In this document: positions 16,796 to 18,539 of the stretch, piece after piece
How the letters are laid out: every line of letters starts with the position of its first letter
Numbering within the stretch: the first letter of the stretch is position 1
Assembly (NCBI GenBank): GCA_024274915.1
Contig: JAJSAC010000061.1
Span: 1-18,539, forward strand
Direction of reading: 5' to 3'
Length of the DNA stretch: 18,539 nt
Source: Thermodesulfobacteriota bacterium
GTDB taxonomy: Bacteria > Thermosulfidibacterota > Thermosulfidibacteria > Thermosulfidibacterales > B14-G1
Program-made: the position numbers and the translations under genes
The notes under the pieces: generated by a model
Told to the model about the DNA's origin: nothing
What the model saw: only the letters and a program-made list of their open reading frames with translations
Database searches by the model: none

Positions 16796-17418
16796 AACGC
16801 ATATACCTGCATCCCATACCCGTCAGGATCTGGCACTGGCTCCATGCCTTTGGCATAGCCTTCCTGGTCCTGAGTGGTATCCAGATCCGCTTCGCCGACT
16901 ACATCCTGGTGGTCCCCCTTAAAAAGGCCGTGGAACTTCACAACTTGGTGGGACTTATCGTGGCCGTAGATTATCTCCTGTGGTTCACCTTTTATGTGTT
17001 CACTGGAAGAATAAGAACCTACTTCCCCACGGCAGAGGAACTGATACTGGGAAGCATGCGCCAGGCCGTATATTACGGCTATGGCATCTTCAGGGGTGAC
17101 CCAAGCCCCTTCCACCCCACCCCGGAAAACAAGTTCAATCCCATGCAGAAGATGGCTTACCTCTTTATAATGCTCTTCTTCATCCCCATCCAGATCCTTA
17201 CAGGCTTCCTCCTATGGAACATCAAAGGCTACAGGGAAATTATCGATTTTATGGGAGGGGTCAAGATTGTGGACACCATCCACGTCCTTTTATTCTTCTT
17301 CTTCTTCGCCTTTATTATCGCCCATGCCTATCTGGCCACCCTGGGTCACACCCCCTGGGCCCATTTCAAAGCCATGATCACAGGGTGGGAAGAAGAGCCC
17401 GAAGAAGAACACTCGTAG
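16792..17418 (+). CDS. Di-haem b-type membrane cytochrome, HyaC/PhsC-like (paralog 3, 208 aa), ATGA-coupled to the heptahaem cytochrome
   Basis: [14 protein letters not shown] (TM1 with His), [44 protein letters not shown]. Four helices with His ligand candidates. Acidic C-terminal tail. Confidence 0.8.
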   Translation: MKRIYLHPIPVRIWHWLHAFGIAFLVLSGIQIRFADYILVVPLKKAVELHNLVGLIVAVDYLLWFTFYVFTGRIRTYFPTAEELILGSMRQAVYYGYGIFRGDPSPFHPTPENKFNPMQKMAYLFIMLFFIPIQILTGFLLWNIKGYREIIDFMGGVKIVDTIHVLLFFFFFAFIIAHAYLATLGHTPWAHFKAMITGWEEEPEEEHS

Positions 17419-17436
17419 CCTCAACCTTTGACCTAG

Positions 17437-17472
17437 CTGGAAGAGGGGAGCCGGGGAACCCCCCTCTTCCAG
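17437..17472. terminator. Perfect 12-bp GC-rich inverted repeat (ctggaagagggg / cccctcttccag) with a 12-nt loop between the convergent b-cytochrome and protease genes; candidate bidirectional terminator
   Basis: Read directly. There is no strong T tract on either side, so termination efficiency is uncertain. Confidence 0.45.
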
Positions 17473-17482
17473 TCCTCACCCT

Positions 17483-18337
17483 TCATTTGCTGGCGTTGGC
17501 CTCTTTGCCCGTCTCCTTATAAGGTACGGGAATATACTGGACAGAGGGCCTGGCCTGGGTGGGCTGGTCGTAGAGGTCCATAAGGGTGTAAACCTCAGAG
17601 GGTATTTCTGTGCTTACCTTCAACCCAAGGGCCTCCAAGTCCTCTTTGAAGAGGGGATAATCGTGGGTCCATCTTCCCTGGGAAAGCTCCTCGGCCACCT
17701 CTTCTGCTTTCCCTTGATCCATACCCTTCTCTATGAGAATCTGGGCAACTTTCTTTCTCACCTGTTGAAGGGCTTTTTCGGAAACATCAGCCATGATAAG
17801 GGTTTTATCCTCCACCTTATCCAAAGGCTTCTCTCTCACTGCCTTCACGATGGACGCCGCCGGAAAACCTCCCAACTGGGGATCTACAGGACCCAGGACG
17901 GCATTGGGATCCATAATGATCTCATCAGCCGCCAGGGCAATGAAAGTACCACCAGACATGGCAAAGTGGGGCACAATCACCGTCACCTTCCCCTTGTGCC
18001 TCACCAGAGCGGTGGCAATCTGTTCGGCAGCCAAAACCAGGCCTCCAGGGGTGTGGATAATGAGGTCAATGGGCATATCATCAGGGGTCAGCCTGACGGC
18101 CCTCAGAACCCTCTCCGAGTCCTCTATGTTGATGTACTTCATGAAGGGGATGCCCAAAAAGGAAAAACCCTCCTGGCGGTGGATCATGGTTATGACCCTG
18201 GAATTTCTCCTCTCTTCAATCTTCCGGATCGTCTTGAGTCGTGCTGCCTCCAACATGCGCTGCCTCATCCAAGGACTGAAGGAAAGCAAAATGAGTAGCA
18301 ACCAGAAAATATCGAAAAAACTGGGGCTATAGTGCAT
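17483..18337 (-). CDS. Membrane-anchored Clp-fold serine protease of the SDH/S49 (SppA/NfeD-like) type, 284 aa
   Basis: N-terminal transmembrane helix FFDIFWLLLILLSFSPW. ClpP/crotonase-fold core IDLIIHTPGGLVLAAEQIATALVRHKGKVTVIVPHFAMSGGTFIALAADEIIMDPNAVLGPVDP (the nucleophile Ser sits in AMSGG). The length and motif pattern fit the 'SDH family Clp fold serine proteinase' group as recalled. GAGGAGG Shine-Dalgarno upstream of the ATG. Confidence 0.7.
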   Translation of the reverse strand: MHYSPSFFDIFWLLLILLSFSPWMRQRMLEAARLKTIRKIEERRNSRVITMIHRQEGFSFLGIPFMKYINIEDSERVLRAVRLTPDDMPIDLIIHTPGGLVLAAEQIATALVRHKGKVTVIVPHFAMSGGTFIALAADEIIMDPNAVLGPVDPQLGGFPAASIVKAVREKPLDKVEDKTLIMADVSEKALQQVRKKVAQILIEKGMDQGKAEEVAEELSQGRWTHDYPLFKEDLEALGLKVSTEIPSEVYTLMDLYDQPTQARPSVQYIPVPYKETGKEANASK

Positions 18338-18539
18338 GATGTCTACCTCCTCGGAATTTTTTATTAAAGCTAGGTGTCCGCGACTGGAGCGTCAATCCCA
18401 GGACTTCCCCCAGTTTTCGGGGTATTAGGGAAGGAAGTCTAATAAAGTCAGTGCATTTCCCCGTCTAGTAAGTGTAACACACTGAGATTAGCTTTGTTCT
18501 CGTCAAAATGGGGATACTTTTTGTAGCTTTAAAAAGGAA

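Noticed and set aside
17290-17310. (TTC)5 trinucleotide run in the third b-cytochrome (encodes FFFFF)
   Set aside because: It is in-frame and lies within a transmembrane helix. Slippage would add or remove a Phe without frameshifting, so it is not a convincing switch.
18338-18539. Possible tRNA or small RNA in the terminal non-coding region (a GCGTCAATCCC segment vaguely resembling a T-arm)
   Set aside because: No GTTCRANYC T-loop consensus, no cloverleaf with a 7-bp acceptor stem, and no CCA context on either strand.
1-18539. CRISPR arrays, IS elements / transposases, integrases, rRNA / tRNA genes
   Set aside because: No short direct repeats with regular spacing, no terminal inverted repeats flanking a transposase-like ORF, and no conserved rRNA or tRNA segments were seen on either strand.

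Overview
This 18.5-kb window is gene-dense and has no rRNA, tRNA, CRISPR or mobile elements. The proteins are rich in charged residues and GGAGG-type ribosome-binding sites are frequent, which suggests a thermophilic bacterium, but that is inference only. The supplied ORF track apparently accepts GTG/TTG as 'M', so several starts were re-called at ATG or GTG codons that have a Shine-Dalgarno sequence.

Left half (1-9.8 kb), mostly housekeeping:
- Minus strand: a truncated dcw cluster (murF N-terminus, murE, rsmH).
- A MutT-like Nudix hydrolase overlapping a DUF123/GIY-YIG-like nuclease.
- An acyl-CoA dehydrogenase, an amidohydrolase-2 protein, an APH-like kinase and a HAD hydrolase.
- A translationally coupled PfkB-kinase/class-I-aldolase pair and a DUF1614-like membrane protein.

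Right half (9.9-18.3 kb), a respiratory cytochrome island:
- Three paralogous modules, each pairing a four-helix di-haem b-type membrane cytochrome (HyaC/FdnI/PhsC-like) with a membrane-anchored multihaem c-type cytochrome.
- The c-type cytochromes carry 7, 9 and 16 canonical CXXCH motifs; the largest also has one CX3CH and one CX4CH. That gives 32-34 haem sites in total.
- Four of these genes form a tightly coupled b-c9-b-c16 operon on the minus strand, headed by an SPFH/stomatin gene. Its junctions are GTGA and TAATG overlaps.
- A divergent c7-b pair (ATGA overlap) sits on the plus strand. Beyond it lies a convergent Clp-fold (SDH/S49-like) membrane serine protease.
- No Mo, FeS, NiFe or flavin catalytic subunit is encoded. 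The modules look like free-standing quinol:periplasmic electron-transfer units, reminiscent of split Geobacter Cbc-type complexes (recalled from the literature, not checked).

Smaller features:
- A canonical EF-hand loop inside the 7-haem cytochrome.
- A (GA)7.5 dinucleotide repeat in codons 4-9 of the 16-haem cytochrome, and a T8 tract in the signal peptide of the 9-haem cytochrome.
- An 85-residue highly charged cytoplasmic extension on one b-cytochrome.
- Three GC-rich terminator-like hairpins.
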